This document shows, piece after piece, positions 51,442 to 59,722 of a stretch of 64,000 nt of DNA (its first letter is position 1; each line of letters opens with the position of its first letter). The notes below the pieces were generated by a model, which had not been told where the DNA came from, searched no databases, and worked only from the letters and a program-made list of their open reading frames with translations. The translations under genes were made by a program, and so were the position numbers. This DNA comes from Synechococcaceae bacterium WB9_2_112 (GTDB lineage Bacteria > Cyanobacteriota > Cyanobacteriia > PCC-6307 > Cyanobiaceae): the NCBI GenBank assembly GCA_010027605.1, contig RGUW01000001.1:2136-66135 (forward strand). Direction: 5' to 3'.

Positions 51442-51620
51442 ATGTTCAACATGCTGCTTGACTGACTTCAGGTGTCTCACATCAGACCCGTTAATAGTCT
51501 GGGTATGACTCATGGCATGGACACCTGAGACTGGCTTGCCTGAATGAGGTCGCAAGCAACCCAGTCGTCAGTCCATCAACTCCGGCGCAACCAATGAACA
51601 ATCTCTAGAGGTACCACATT

Positions 51621-51640
51621 GGACTAGTTCCTAGACCCAA
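51621..51640. repeat. left copy of imperfect direct repeat GGACTAGTTCCTAGACCCAA
   Basis: It matches 52296-52314 (GGACTAGTTACGAGACCAA) at 15 of the first 17 positions. The two copies are about 675 bp apart. Confidence 0.55.
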
Positions 51641-52295
51641 AACGGGACACACGTCAGATCATCGAGCCAATTTCCCGGTCGTTGTCGGATCAACGAATGA
51701 ATGATGATCGGCATCTTGGCCTGAGTCGCCCTCGGACATACTGCGTACCTGTGATTACAGCAGGTGCGCAGGGACGAAAAACTGAATATTTGCAAGCACT
51801 TTGAGCGGCATGACTGGACTGGTGGACACGAGATCACCTTCGCAGGACAGCGTCAAAGCTCCCCGCGCTCTCGTCTGAATGCCGTTGAATCGAACGGCTC
51901 CGGTCATGGAGTCGTGAACCCCGCGCGAGCTCCCAAGATCCTGTCGCCAGGAAAGGTGGTGCTGATGAACGATTCTGCGTTGCAGATGGTGCACTCATTC
52001 AGGCCTGAGCAACCAAGAATCAACACGTGGGCCAGGGCGCAAGGTGTACTGGGTGCAACGCAGAACAATTCAAAGAGAGGATTTTTGAAGGAACTGTCTC
52101 ATGAAGTTCAGCCTGGAATTAGCCTAGGACTCAAAATGGTCCAACCTGGGATTTGCAAGATATCTTGGCGAAGGCCGGAATTCCGCTTTTCCCACGACCC
52201 ATCATCATTGCGGCCGACAGTTGCGCGCCCACTGAGCAGCAGGGGTCCATGCTCCGTCATCACGTTCTGGACTGTCTCATATGGGGCCCGCCTCG

Positions 52296-52314
52296 GGACT
52301 AGTTACGAGACCAA
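52296..52314. repeat. right copy of imperfect direct repeat GGACTAGTTACGAGACCAA
   Basis: See the left copy at 51621-51640. It lies 8 nt before the stop codon of the RHH/J-domain gene. Confidence 0.55.
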
Positions 52315-52321
52315 TATGGGA

Positions 52322-53338
52322 CTATGAAGCGGAACGATACAGCTCCTTCAGCATCTGGTAGGCCTCGTTGAGACGGCGCATCTGTTCGGCGCTGCCACCG
52401 GAATCTGGGTGATGCAGCAAAGCCTGCTCGCGGTAGGCCTCACGAATGTCAGTCAGTGTCAGCCGATGACCGGGTGAGGTGGGGAGGTTGAGCAGTTTCA
52501 AGGCACCATGCAGACTCATGGTGTTCTGCAAGGTCTCAAAGGACATTCCGCGTTGTCTCTTCCTGAAGCGATGCACAAATCGTCGGATCAATGTCGGAAT
52601 CCGGAGACTCAGGGTTGAGCTGCTGTAAGGGTCCTCAAGGAGACCTGCCAGCACAATGACCCGCTCAAAACTAGGGGCAGAATCAGTCCATGAGGGTGCA
52701 AGTTGAGACGCAATCCTTGACGCAAGGGTCCAGGTAAAAGTGCGTCCTTCGCTTTGGTCAGAATTCGGCCAGATATCAGTCGATAACCAGATCATTGCGG
52801 CTTCAAGAACCGCCTCATTTGCGGATTTGCCATACAACTCGTGCCAATGGCGTTGGACAGCTTCCAGTGCTGAGTCCAGCACCGCTGCATCGACCAGAGA
52901 AAAAGTTTCGCGCTCGACATTTGCTTGAGCCTGTGAGCGATTCAGAGACTGGCGAAGTTGATCTGATTTGCGGCGTACAAAACCGGGCAGATCGATGCTG
53001 CCACTATCACGTGAACGTCCAGATTCGCTGCCATGCTGCGTGTCAATGAAATCAAAACCAAGGCCACCATGTCCTTGCTGCGCAACAAGAACCAACGCTC
53101 CTGACTCGTCAAACAACTGCAGAGTCTCAGCTCGAACGGTGTCGTCGTCACGGGTCTGGGCAGGATCACCAGCTGTCGCATCATCATTGAGCAACTCACC
53201 CAGCAGTCGCTCAACCGTGTCTCCCCTGCTTCGCAGCCCCCACTCATTGCGCAGTCGATCAATGCCCTGTACCAGGTGTATGGGCAATTGCAGGGTGATA
53301 CGGCGACGTTCCTTCGGATCGAAATCAGATGTGCTCAC
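52322..53338 (-). CDS. J-domain protein with N-terminal ribbon-helix-helix-like segment
   Basis: C-terminal J domain with an HPD motif (IREAYREQALLHHPDSGGSAEQMRRLNEAYQMLKE). The N-terminal RRITLQLPIHLVQGIDRLRNEWGLRSRGDTVERLLGELL has a CopG/RHH-like strand-helix-helix pattern. Confidence 0.75.
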   Translation of the reverse strand: MSTSDFDPKERRRITLQLPIHLVQGIDRLRNEWGLRSRGDTVERLLGELLNDDATAGDPAQTRDDDTVRAETLQLFDESGALVLVAQQGHGGLGFDFIDTQHGSESGRSRDSGSIDLPGFVRRKSDQLRQSLNRSQAQANVERETFSLVDAAVLDSALEAVQRHWHELYGKSANEAVLEAAMIWLSTDIWPNSDQSEGRTFTWTLASRIASQLAPSWTDSAPSFERVIVLAGLLEDPYSSSTLSLRIPTLIRRFVHRFRKRQRGMSFETLQNTMSLHGALKLLNLPTSPGHRLTLTDIREAYREQALLHHPDSGGSAEQMRRLNEAYQMLKELYRSAS

Positions 53339-53354
53339 GGTCCCTCTCCCAGCA

Positions 53355-55082
53355 TCAACGTGACATCAGACCACGCATGATTTCATTTTGGGCGTCCAGT
53401 GCCTGCTGATAACGATCGACCAGGGATTGGGTCTGCCTTGAGCTGAGATTGGGTTCAGTCAATGGTGGTGGTGCCAACAATGGGCCTCCGGACCCTGCTG
53501 GTGAGAGCGTGGAAGCTGAGCCGGGATTTGATCCGCTGACACGTGGTGGGGGCAGAGGATCAACGGTCGAAGCATTGCGTTGGAGACGTTCTGCCACAGA
53601 TTCGTCCAGGCCAGGTTGAACAGCGCCGCCCTCGAGTGGGGGCAGCGGTTGCAGGCCAGACGGCTTCTGGGATGGGTTGCGACGGGCCAGCTCGAGATCC
53701 CGCTCGAGCTGACGCAGGCGGACCAGCTGCTGCGCCGGAACAACACTGAGGAGATGCCCCGGTGTCGCATCAGCTGGATACACAAGCGTCAGACGTACAG
53801 GGTTGTTGACACCTGGCCTCAACGCAAGGCTTGTCAACGGCAGACTTTGACCAGAACGCAGGACTACATGGAACTCCTGCACGCCAGCTTCTGTCTGAAT
53901 CTGTATGGATCCACGAAAGGCTGTGAACTGTTTGCCGCCAACTGCTGACGGGTGACTCATGACAAGTTCGTAAGGTCCCTCTCCACGAAGATTCATATCG
54001 ACAATGAACCGCACCCCATAGGTGCCGACATTGTCGAGAGAGGAGTCAAGCATGCGCGATACCAATGGATTCACCTGAACCTCATTGGTCCCAAACGTAT
54101 GGCGCTGGGTGCTTGTCAAGGGAACATGCAATGCACCATCAGTTGCCAGATTGTGAGTAACGCTAGCTTGGTATTCATCACCCAATGCAACACCGCCAAC
54201 ACGTGAAAAGACCTGACGATTCTGAATCTCAGCAATCCGATTCAGATAGACACGCCCTGGCGCGAGGACACCTTGATCCAGGACGGCCATCAGGTCATCC
54301 GAGCTGCGTGGCTGACGTGCTGCAACGACGGCCATCTGGAACGGTCCATCACTTTGGCCTCTCAGCAAGGCGTTGGCGATACCCAAGGCTGGAAGATCCG
54401 TCTGAAACAAAACACTCCTGCTGTTGGGTGCCAACGTGATTGTTTCACTCAGTCTCGCATCGAGTTTGTTTCGCAGCATCTGCACTGCTGTGGCATCACC
54501 AGGGCCGGTGTTCCATGGCCTGGGACCAAGGGGTCTGACACCGTTCATGCTGTTGGCCAGATAGGGCGCCTCAAAACTGTTGCGCACAGCTCCAGACATG
54601 AACCTGATATGAACTGGCCGAGAGCCAGGATTGATCAGGATTAATCCCAGTGTCAATTCGGTGCGACGACTGGATGGAGAAATCTGTCCTCGGTACTGAG
54701 GAAAATATTTGTGGTGTAGGTGAACACCAAAATCACCATTAAATGTGTATTCCGCATTGCGCAGACTTTGGCCTGTTTCAGTGCTGAAGGAGACTCCTGG
54801 AGCCGTGTTGATGAGAACCCCTGGTCCTTCAACTTCCTCCGGTTGATTGGAATGCAGTACAGGAAGCGTGTTGAAGCGCCCATTCAAGGGCTTGGCCCGT
54901 TGTCCATTCATCAACGCCACATAAGCGTTGGCACTGTCTTGCAGGCTGACGAGGGTGCATCCACAGCCCACGACGGCTGAGAGAACAACAACGAACCAGC
55001 GGTTGCCGAGTTCAGCTGTGCGTCGAGGACTCGAGTGGTGTTGCTGTGCGTGTTTCTTGGCCATTTCTGGTGATGGAAACAC
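53355..55082 (-). CDS. putative lipoprotein, DUF3370-like
   Basis: 575-aa ORF. The N-terminal hydrophobic segment has a lipobox-like VVGC. The beta-rich body resembles my recollection of cyanobacterial DUF3370, and the tail is Pro/Ser/Gly-rich. An alternative ATG lies at 55064. Confidence 0.6.
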   Translation of the reverse strand: MFPSPEMAKKHAQQHHSSPRRTAELGNRWFVVVLSAVVGCGCTLVSLQDSANAYVALMNGQRAKPLNGRFNTLPVLHSNQPEEVEGPGVLINTAPGVSFSTETGQSLRNAEYTFNGDFGVHLHHKYFPQYRGQISPSSRRTELTLGLILINPGSRPVHIRFMSGAVRNSFEAPYLANSMNGVRPLGPRPWNTGPGDATAVQMLRNKLDARLSETITLAPNSRSVLFQTDLPALGIANALLRGQSDGPFQMAVVAARQPRSSDDLMAVLDQGVLAPGRVYLNRIAEIQNRQVFSRVGGVALGDEYQASVTHNLATDGALHVPLTSTQRHTFGTNEVQVNPLVSRMLDSSLDNVGTYGVRFIVDMNLRGEGPYELVMSHPSAVGGKQFTAFRGSIQIQTEAGVQEFHVVLRSGQSLPLTSLALRPGVNNPVRLTLVYPADATPGHLLSVVPAQQLVRLRQLERDLELARRNPSQKPSGLQPLPPLEGGAVQPGLDESVAERLQRNASTVDPLPPPRVSGSNPGSASTLSPAGSGGPLLAPPPLTEPNLSSRQTQSLVDRYQQALDAQNEIMRGLMSR

Positions 55083-55138
55083 GACCCGCGCTCACCTGCA
55101 GAGGTTGCTAGAACCTTGCTGGTTCTATCCAGTTTTAC

Positions 55139-55339
55139 ATGCTGCTGCCGTTTCTGGGGGACTGCGCCCACAGCGCCTGCCGTTCGGGCACAACTGGCTA
55201 TCAAGCCCGCAAACTGCGGTTCCTGACCACATGGCGCGACAGCGTGGAACGCCAGTTGGCGGCCCTGAACGCGGCGATCCACACCCTGGAGCAACAGATG
55301 GCTCGCGACTCAGATCAACCCCTGCCCCCCCAGGGCTGA
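55139..55339 (+). CDS. possible small protein (66 aa)
   Basis: ATG-initiated ORF in the 228-bp gap between the sigma factor and DUF3370 genes, on the opposite strand. It has a helical segment (RKLRFLTTWRDSVERQLAALNAAIHTLEQQMARD) and overlaps the sigma gene 3' end by 30 nt. It is unverified. Confidence 0.3.
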   Translation: MLLPFLGDCAHSACRSGTTGYQARKLRFLTTWRDSVERQLAALNAAIHTLEQQMARDSDQPLPPQG

Positions 55340-56050
55340 GGGTGCCTCCCGGAGTCGCTGACGCAGCCTTTCGAGACCCTGATGCAAGGTGCGTTGCACG
55401 GTGGGAGCACTGACACCGAGGCTGTCGGCTGTCCGCCGGTAACTCCACCCTTTCAGGATCACATCGGTGAGCACCTCACGCTGGCGGGCATCCACCAGGT
55501 TGAGCATCTGCTTCAGCGAGCACTCCCGCCACCCCGGATTCAGATCCCTGGGTACGTAGCTCTCGACGGCTCCAGTGCTTTCAGGGTGCTCGTTCCCCGA
55601 CCCCTGCAGCAGACAGGTCTCGTCTCCCTCAGCCTGCAGCCACTCGAGTGAGACGGCACGGTTGAGCCTGTTCCATTGTTGCAAGGCCAGGGCATCATCC
55701 TGGTTCGGCGCTGCGTGATCGACTGAGCGGCAACCGTTGCGTTGGAGGCGCTCAGCCTGTCGGCGCGGCAAGCGCACCATCCAGGCATGATCCCTGAGGT
55801 GATGGAGGATCGCACCCCGCACATGGGGCCTGGCAAAGCAGGCAAAGGGTGTGTCCCCACTGTCTCTGTATCGCTGAGCCGCGGTGGCCAGACCCAGCAG
55901 GCCCACCTGCAGCAGGTCATCCAGTGGTTCAGGTGTGCAGCTGGCGTAATGCCTGGCGATGGCCTTGACCAGGGGGAGATGGGCCAGGAGCAGTTGCTCA
56001 GCCTGTTCTGCCGAACGAAGCCGCAGCGGGGATGGTTGTGTCGAAGGCAT
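55310..56050 (-). CDS. RNA polymerase sigma factor (sigma-70 family, alternative SigF-like type)
   Basis: Region 2 (LDDLLQVGLLGLATAAQRYRDSGDTPFACFARPHVRGAILHHLRD) and a region 4 HTH (WSYRRTADSLGVSAPTVQRTLHQGLERLR). Region 1 is absent, 246 aa. Confidence 0.85.
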   Translation of the reverse strand: MPSTQPSPLRLRSAEQAEQLLLAHLPLVKAIARHYASCTPEPLDDLLQVGLLGLATAAQRYRDSGDTPFACFARPHVRGAILHHLRDHAWMVRLPRRQAERLQRNGCRSVDHAAPNQDDALALQQWNRLNRAVSLEWLQAEGDETCLLQGSGNEHPESTGAVESYVPRDLNPGWRECSLKQMLNLVDARQREVLTDVILKGWSYRRTADSLGVSAPTVQRTLHQGLERLRQRLREAPSALGGQGLI

Positions 56051-56070
56051 CGGGTTGCATGACGTGTCAC

Positions 56071-56949
56071 TTACCAGCTCGCATCAGCCCCCTGGTGGCC
56101 GTCAACCGTGAAACCACCGAGTGCTGGAGCCGCCACCTGTCGCAGCAAGGCCCAGGGACCCTCAGCCTTGAGCCAGACCAGGTCTGAGCTGCTGGTCGCG
56201 AGCAGATAGCCAGCGAATCCCAGGGCATTGATGCTGAAGCCCCTGCAGTGTTCCTGCGTGCGTCTCACGGTGACCAGCCAACGGTCCGTGAGCAAAAGGT
56301 TGTAGGGATGGCCTGGGGCGTTCTGATGCGCTGGATGTCCCAGCTCCAGCTGACTGCAGTGCTCGAGGTACAGAGCCGCAAGACCTTCGGCGCTCAACGG
56401 TGCCGGACAGGGGCTGATCGCACAACGCCAGGGAGCTGCCTGCAGGGCATCGCTCCTTTGCATTAACCCCGTGTAGTAATCCTCCAGTGGACAGGTGCTG
56501 GCCTGGCGAGGTCGTGGCAGCAGCTGAAGATGGCGATGGGGCTGACTGGCGCCTGCGGCGGCGCAACTGTTGAAGAACCAGAGCCCCTGGGTGTCGGCAT
56601 GGACAGCGACCAAGGCCTGCCAATCGGCCGGCTCCAGCCAGCCTGACTGCGGTTTCCAGCTTGTGGGGATGACCAGCAGATGGCCGCGTTGAACCGGATA
56701 TTTGTTGAGCAGGACCACGTGACTGTCACCCAAACGGCTGACTTCAAGCGCCGGGTCCCAGGGCAGAAAGGGATTCGGTTTCGGGCCTTCGGCGCGAAGA
56801 TGTTTGGGTGTACGGCTGACCAGCCGCCGCAACACAAAGGGATCAATGCCCAGATCCAGTGATTCGGTGGACAGCGGGACCAGGGCACCGTTCGACTCGG
56901 CTCGCTCCGAGCACGCCAGAGCCAGTTGCCAAAGCGTTTCAGGCACCAC
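56071..56949 (-). CDS. ATP adenylyltransferase / Ap4A phosphorylase II-like (HIT-like)
   Basis: VVLLNKYPVQRGHLLVIP and GASQPHRHLQLLP motifs. A GTG start near 56946-56949 was preferred. The ORF extension to 57042 overlaps the spoIID-like gene. Confidence 0.7.
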   Translation of the reverse strand: MVPETLWQLALACSERAESNGALVPLSTESLDLGIDPFVLRRLVSRTPKHLRAEGPKPNPFLPWDPALEVSRLGDSHVVLLNKYPVQRGHLLVIPTSWKPQSGWLEPADWQALVAVHADTQGLWFFNSCAAAGASQPHRHLQLLPRPRQASTCPLEDYYTGLMQRSDALQAAPWRCAISPCPAPLSAEGLAALYLEHCSQLELGHPAHQNAPGHPYNLLLTDRWLVTVRRTQEHCRGFSINALGFAGYLLATSSSDLVWLKAEGPWALLRQVAAPALGGFTVDGHQGADASW

Positions 56950-57976
56950 CGGATCGCAGCCTGGCCAGTGAAGCGCCCGGGTAGTAGCGGCCCAGGATGG
57001 CGTTGTAGCGATGGCCCTCTTCGGCCAGCTGGCGGGCTCCATGCTGGCTCATGCTGGCGCCGAGATGGCCATGGGCCTCCAGGCTGATCTGGCGATTGGA
57101 CGCATACAGACTCTCGACGATGGCGCCCTGGTAGCTCAGGATCAGGCCGGCTGTCCGTTTCGCCGCCTCCAGGGTTCTGCCGTTGGTAGCCCTGAGGCCC
57201 GTGTAAGCCTGCCAGCGGGTGGTGTCACCCAGATGCCAGTGACGATTGGCGGGCCGGGCCATGTGCGCCAGGGCGTAGGAGCGAGCTGCAACGGCCTGGG
57301 CCATGAGTGCCTCAATCGGCCAAGAGCTGGGCATCTCCGAGCCGACCACCGCGGCGATGTACTGCTCCAGTCCAAGGTGGTTGATCACGCTGATGCCACC
57401 GGGAGTCGGCAAGAGCCGCAGATGGCCGGCATAGGCGCGTCCGTCGACCACCACGGCATCCTGACGCCCCGTGATCAGCCAGGCCTCGCCGGTACCGGCC
57501 ACCAAGGCGGTGGTCACGGGTTGGCCGCTGCTGCCCTGCTGCAGCAACCGACCACTGGAACTGCGCAGCTGCCATGGACCCGTGGCCGTGAGCGTCGGCT
57601 GTGGTCCGACCGACAGCAAGGCGACCCGAATCTCGAGTTGGAGCGGCGTCCCCCGTTCGGGTTCGCTCAACACCACGGAGCCGCCACTGCGGGGGTCGAG
57701 CGCCGTGCGCCGGGCCGCACGGTGGGCCTGAACTGAAGCCAGAGGTGTCACTCCCGGTTCTGCCAGCAGGGCTTCGATCAACGGATCCGGGGCCTCGACA
57801 CCACGGTTGCCGGCACTGAGCTGCTGAACCGTGAACCCGGTGGCAAACACCAGAACCGCTGCAGGAGCACCCAACCAGAGCGGAGGTTGCCGTCTCAGCC
57901 GGGAGTGCAGAGCTGTCGCCAACGCTCGGCTGAGCCGTCTGAGTCGGTGGATCGGAGCTGAAGATGGCCGCTCCAC
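56939..57976 (-). CDS. SpoIID/LytB domain protein
   Basis: LEQYIAAVVGSEMPSSWPIEALMAQAVAARSYA is a SpoIID signature, with an N-terminal TM. The annotated start overlaps the phzF-like 3' end by 82 nt. Confidence 0.8.
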   Translation of the reverse strand: MERPSSAPIHRLRRLSRALATALHSRLRRQPPLWLGAPAAVLVFATGFTVQQLSAGNRGVEAPDPLIEALLAEPGVTPLASVQAHRAARRTALDPRSGGSVVLSEPERGTPLQLEIRVALLSVGPQPTLTATGPWQLRSSSGRLLQQGSSGQPVTTALVAGTGEAWLITGRQDAVVVDGRAYAGHLRLLPTPGGISVINHLGLEQYIAAVVGSEMPSSWPIEALMAQAVAARSYALAHMARPANRHWHLGDTTRWQAYTGLRATNGRTLEAAKRTAGLILSYQGAIVESLYASNRQISLEAHGHLGASMSQHGARQLAEEGHRYNAILGRYYPGASLARLRSGGA

Positions 57977-58785
57977 AGCAATGAGCCCGTGCCTGACAGG
58001 CGAATCATGCCCGAGGGCGTGGAATCGCAGACCATCCCGCCTGGCCGATCAGAGCACTGCCAGCCCACCACCTGTTGCCGTCCCAGGCGTTGCTGCCAGT
58101 AAGGCGCCACGAGCGCATGCGCTGATCCCGTCACGGGATCCTCGGCGATGCCAAGACCGGGAGCGAAAAATCGCAATTGATAGTCGGGCTTGCGGCCGGC
58201 GACCAGCGGTAGCGCCTCCGCCTCGGACAAGGCCTGCATCAGCACCAGGCCTGCGGCCTCCGGGGGCTCGAGCGGGGGCTGCGGCAGGCTCTCCAACGCC
58301 GACTCCGGCGTGAGCAGGGCCGCGCTGTACCCCATCGAACTGCGCCAGAAGGTGTCCACGCTGCACGCCTGCTGCCGTAACCACAGCGTCAGATCGGCGG
58401 GAGCCTCCGCGACCTGCAGTAAGGCCGCCGGGAGCTCAATCTGTGCGAGTGGGCCGCTCAGCCCCACCGGCAGGGGTCCGCTGCGCGTGAAGAACACCGT
58501 GCGGGATGCGGCGTCGACCGTGCCCCAGTGCTGCAGGGCCAGAAGGGCAGCCAGGGTGGCATGGCCACACAGGGGAACTTCACAGGTCGGACTGAACCAA
58601 CGCAGACACCACTGTCCACCGAGCTGCAGCACAAAGGCCGTCTCGGACTGGTTGAGACTGCGGGCGACGCCCTGCATCCACGGGTCGCTGACGGGGTGGG
58701 GCAAGGCCACCACGGCTGCACCATTGCCTTGACAGGGTCTGTCGCTGAAGGCCTCGATCAACACCGCTGGGATGCCAGCCGTCAT
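57895..58785 (-). CDS. PhzF family isomerase
   Basis: EAFSDRPCQGNGAAVV, ETAFV and CGHATLAA are PhzF-family motifs. The start overlaps the gpsA stop (ATGA). Confidence 0.8.
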   Translation of the reverse strand: MTAGIPAVLIEAFSDRPCQGNGAAVVALPHPVSDPWMQGVARSLNQSETAFVLQLGGQWCLRWFSPTCEVPLCGHATLAALLALQHWGTVDAASRTVFFTRSGPLPVGLSGPLAQIELPAALLQVAEAPADLTLWLRQQACSVDTFWRSSMGYSAALLTPESALESLPQPPLEPPEAAGLVLMQALSEAEALPLVAGRKPDYQLRFFAPGLGIAEDPVTGSAHALVAPYWQQRLGRQQVVGWQCSDRPGGMVCDSTPSGMIRLSGTGSLLWSGHLQLRSTDSDGSAERWRQLCTPG

Positions 58786-59705
58786 GGCCTGACCTCGGCC
58801 TTGAGCTGCCGTCCCATCAGCGCCCGAACGGCATCCTGCGGCGTCCTGCGGGCCTGGATCACCGCCGCGACCTGTTCGCAGATCGGCAGGTGCCAGCCCT
58901 GCTGCCGGGCCAGGGCCAGGGCTGCCTCGACCGTGAAGCGACCTTCCACCGTGGCGCCGATGCTGGTCATGGCTTCGGCTGTGGTCTGCCCCTCGGCCAG
59001 CATCAGCCCGAAGCTGTAGTTGCGGCTGAGGCGGCTGTTGGCGGTCGCCAGCAGGTCACCCATGCCAGCCAGGCCATAGAGCGTGGTGCTCTCGCCGCCG
59101 AGCCCTTCAACCACCTGGCCCATTTCGACGAGCCCGCGGCACAGCAGCGAGGCCTTGGCATTGGCTCCGAGCGCCAGCCCATCACAGATGCCGGCGGCGA
59201 TGGCGATCACATTCTTGAGGGCGCCTGCCGCTTCACTGCCGAGCGGATCATGGTGGCGGTAGAGCCTGAGGCAATCGCCGCTGAGGTGATGCTGCAACCA
59301 GTGGCTCAGATCCGCATCACGGCTGGCCAGGGTGCTGGCCGCAGGCAGGCCCTGCTGCAGTTCGCTGGCCAGATTGGGCCCGCTCAGCACGGCCAGTCGC
59401 ACGCCGGCCGGAAGCCCCTGTTGCCAGAGCTGGGAAGCTGTCGCAAGCCGGCTCAGGTCGATCCCCTTGCTGCAGCTCAGCAGGGGCAGCCCATGGGGCC
59501 ACAGGGGAGCCAGTTCACACGCCAGCGGGGCGACGCCGGCCATGGCCACCGCCGAGACCACGAGATCGGCCTGCAGCAGCTCGCCCTGGGGCAGGCCGCC
59601 ATCGCTGCGGGACCAACTGCGCAGGTGATGGCCCTGCGCCGCCCACAGGTCGATCAGGGTGCGCCCCCAGGCGCCCCGCCCCAGCACCGTGATCCGCAAG
59701 CTCAT
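58782..59705 (-). CDS. gpsA: NAD(P)H-dependent glycerol-3-phosphate dehydrogenase
   Basis: ITVLGRGAWGRTL NAD fold and GALKNVIAIAAGICDGL. ATG 59705 was chosen; alternatives are 59714 and 59717. Confidence 0.9.
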   Translation of the reverse strand: MSLRITVLGRGAWGRTLIDLWAAQGHHLRSWSRSDGGLPQGELLQADLVVSAVAMAGVAPLACELAPLWPHGLPLLSCSKGIDLSRLATASQLWQQGLPAGVRLAVLSGPNLASELQQGLPAASTLASRDADLSHWLQHHLSGDCLRLYRHHDPLGSEAAGALKNVIAIAAGICDGLALGANAKASLLCRGLVEMGQVVEGLGGESTTLYGLAGMGDLLATANSRLSRNYSFGLMLAEGQTTAEAMTSIGATVEGRFTVEAALALARQQGWHLPICEQVAAVIQARRTPQDAVRALMGRQLKAEVRP

Positions 59706-59722
59706 GGCTGCCATCATGCGCC

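Noticed and set aside
50857-51555. 232-aa minus-strand ORF
   Set aside because: It is antisense to apcD, which has an unmistakable phycobiliprotein sequence and its own terminator.
51764-52327. 187-aa plus-strand ORF as a confident protein-coding gene
   Set aside because: It has a GTG start, many codons rare for this genome, a Ser/Arg/Gly/Pro-rich sequence with no recognisable motif, and it overlaps the 3' end of the J-domain gene. It is kept only as part of the finding on the stretch with no convincing gene, not as a feature.
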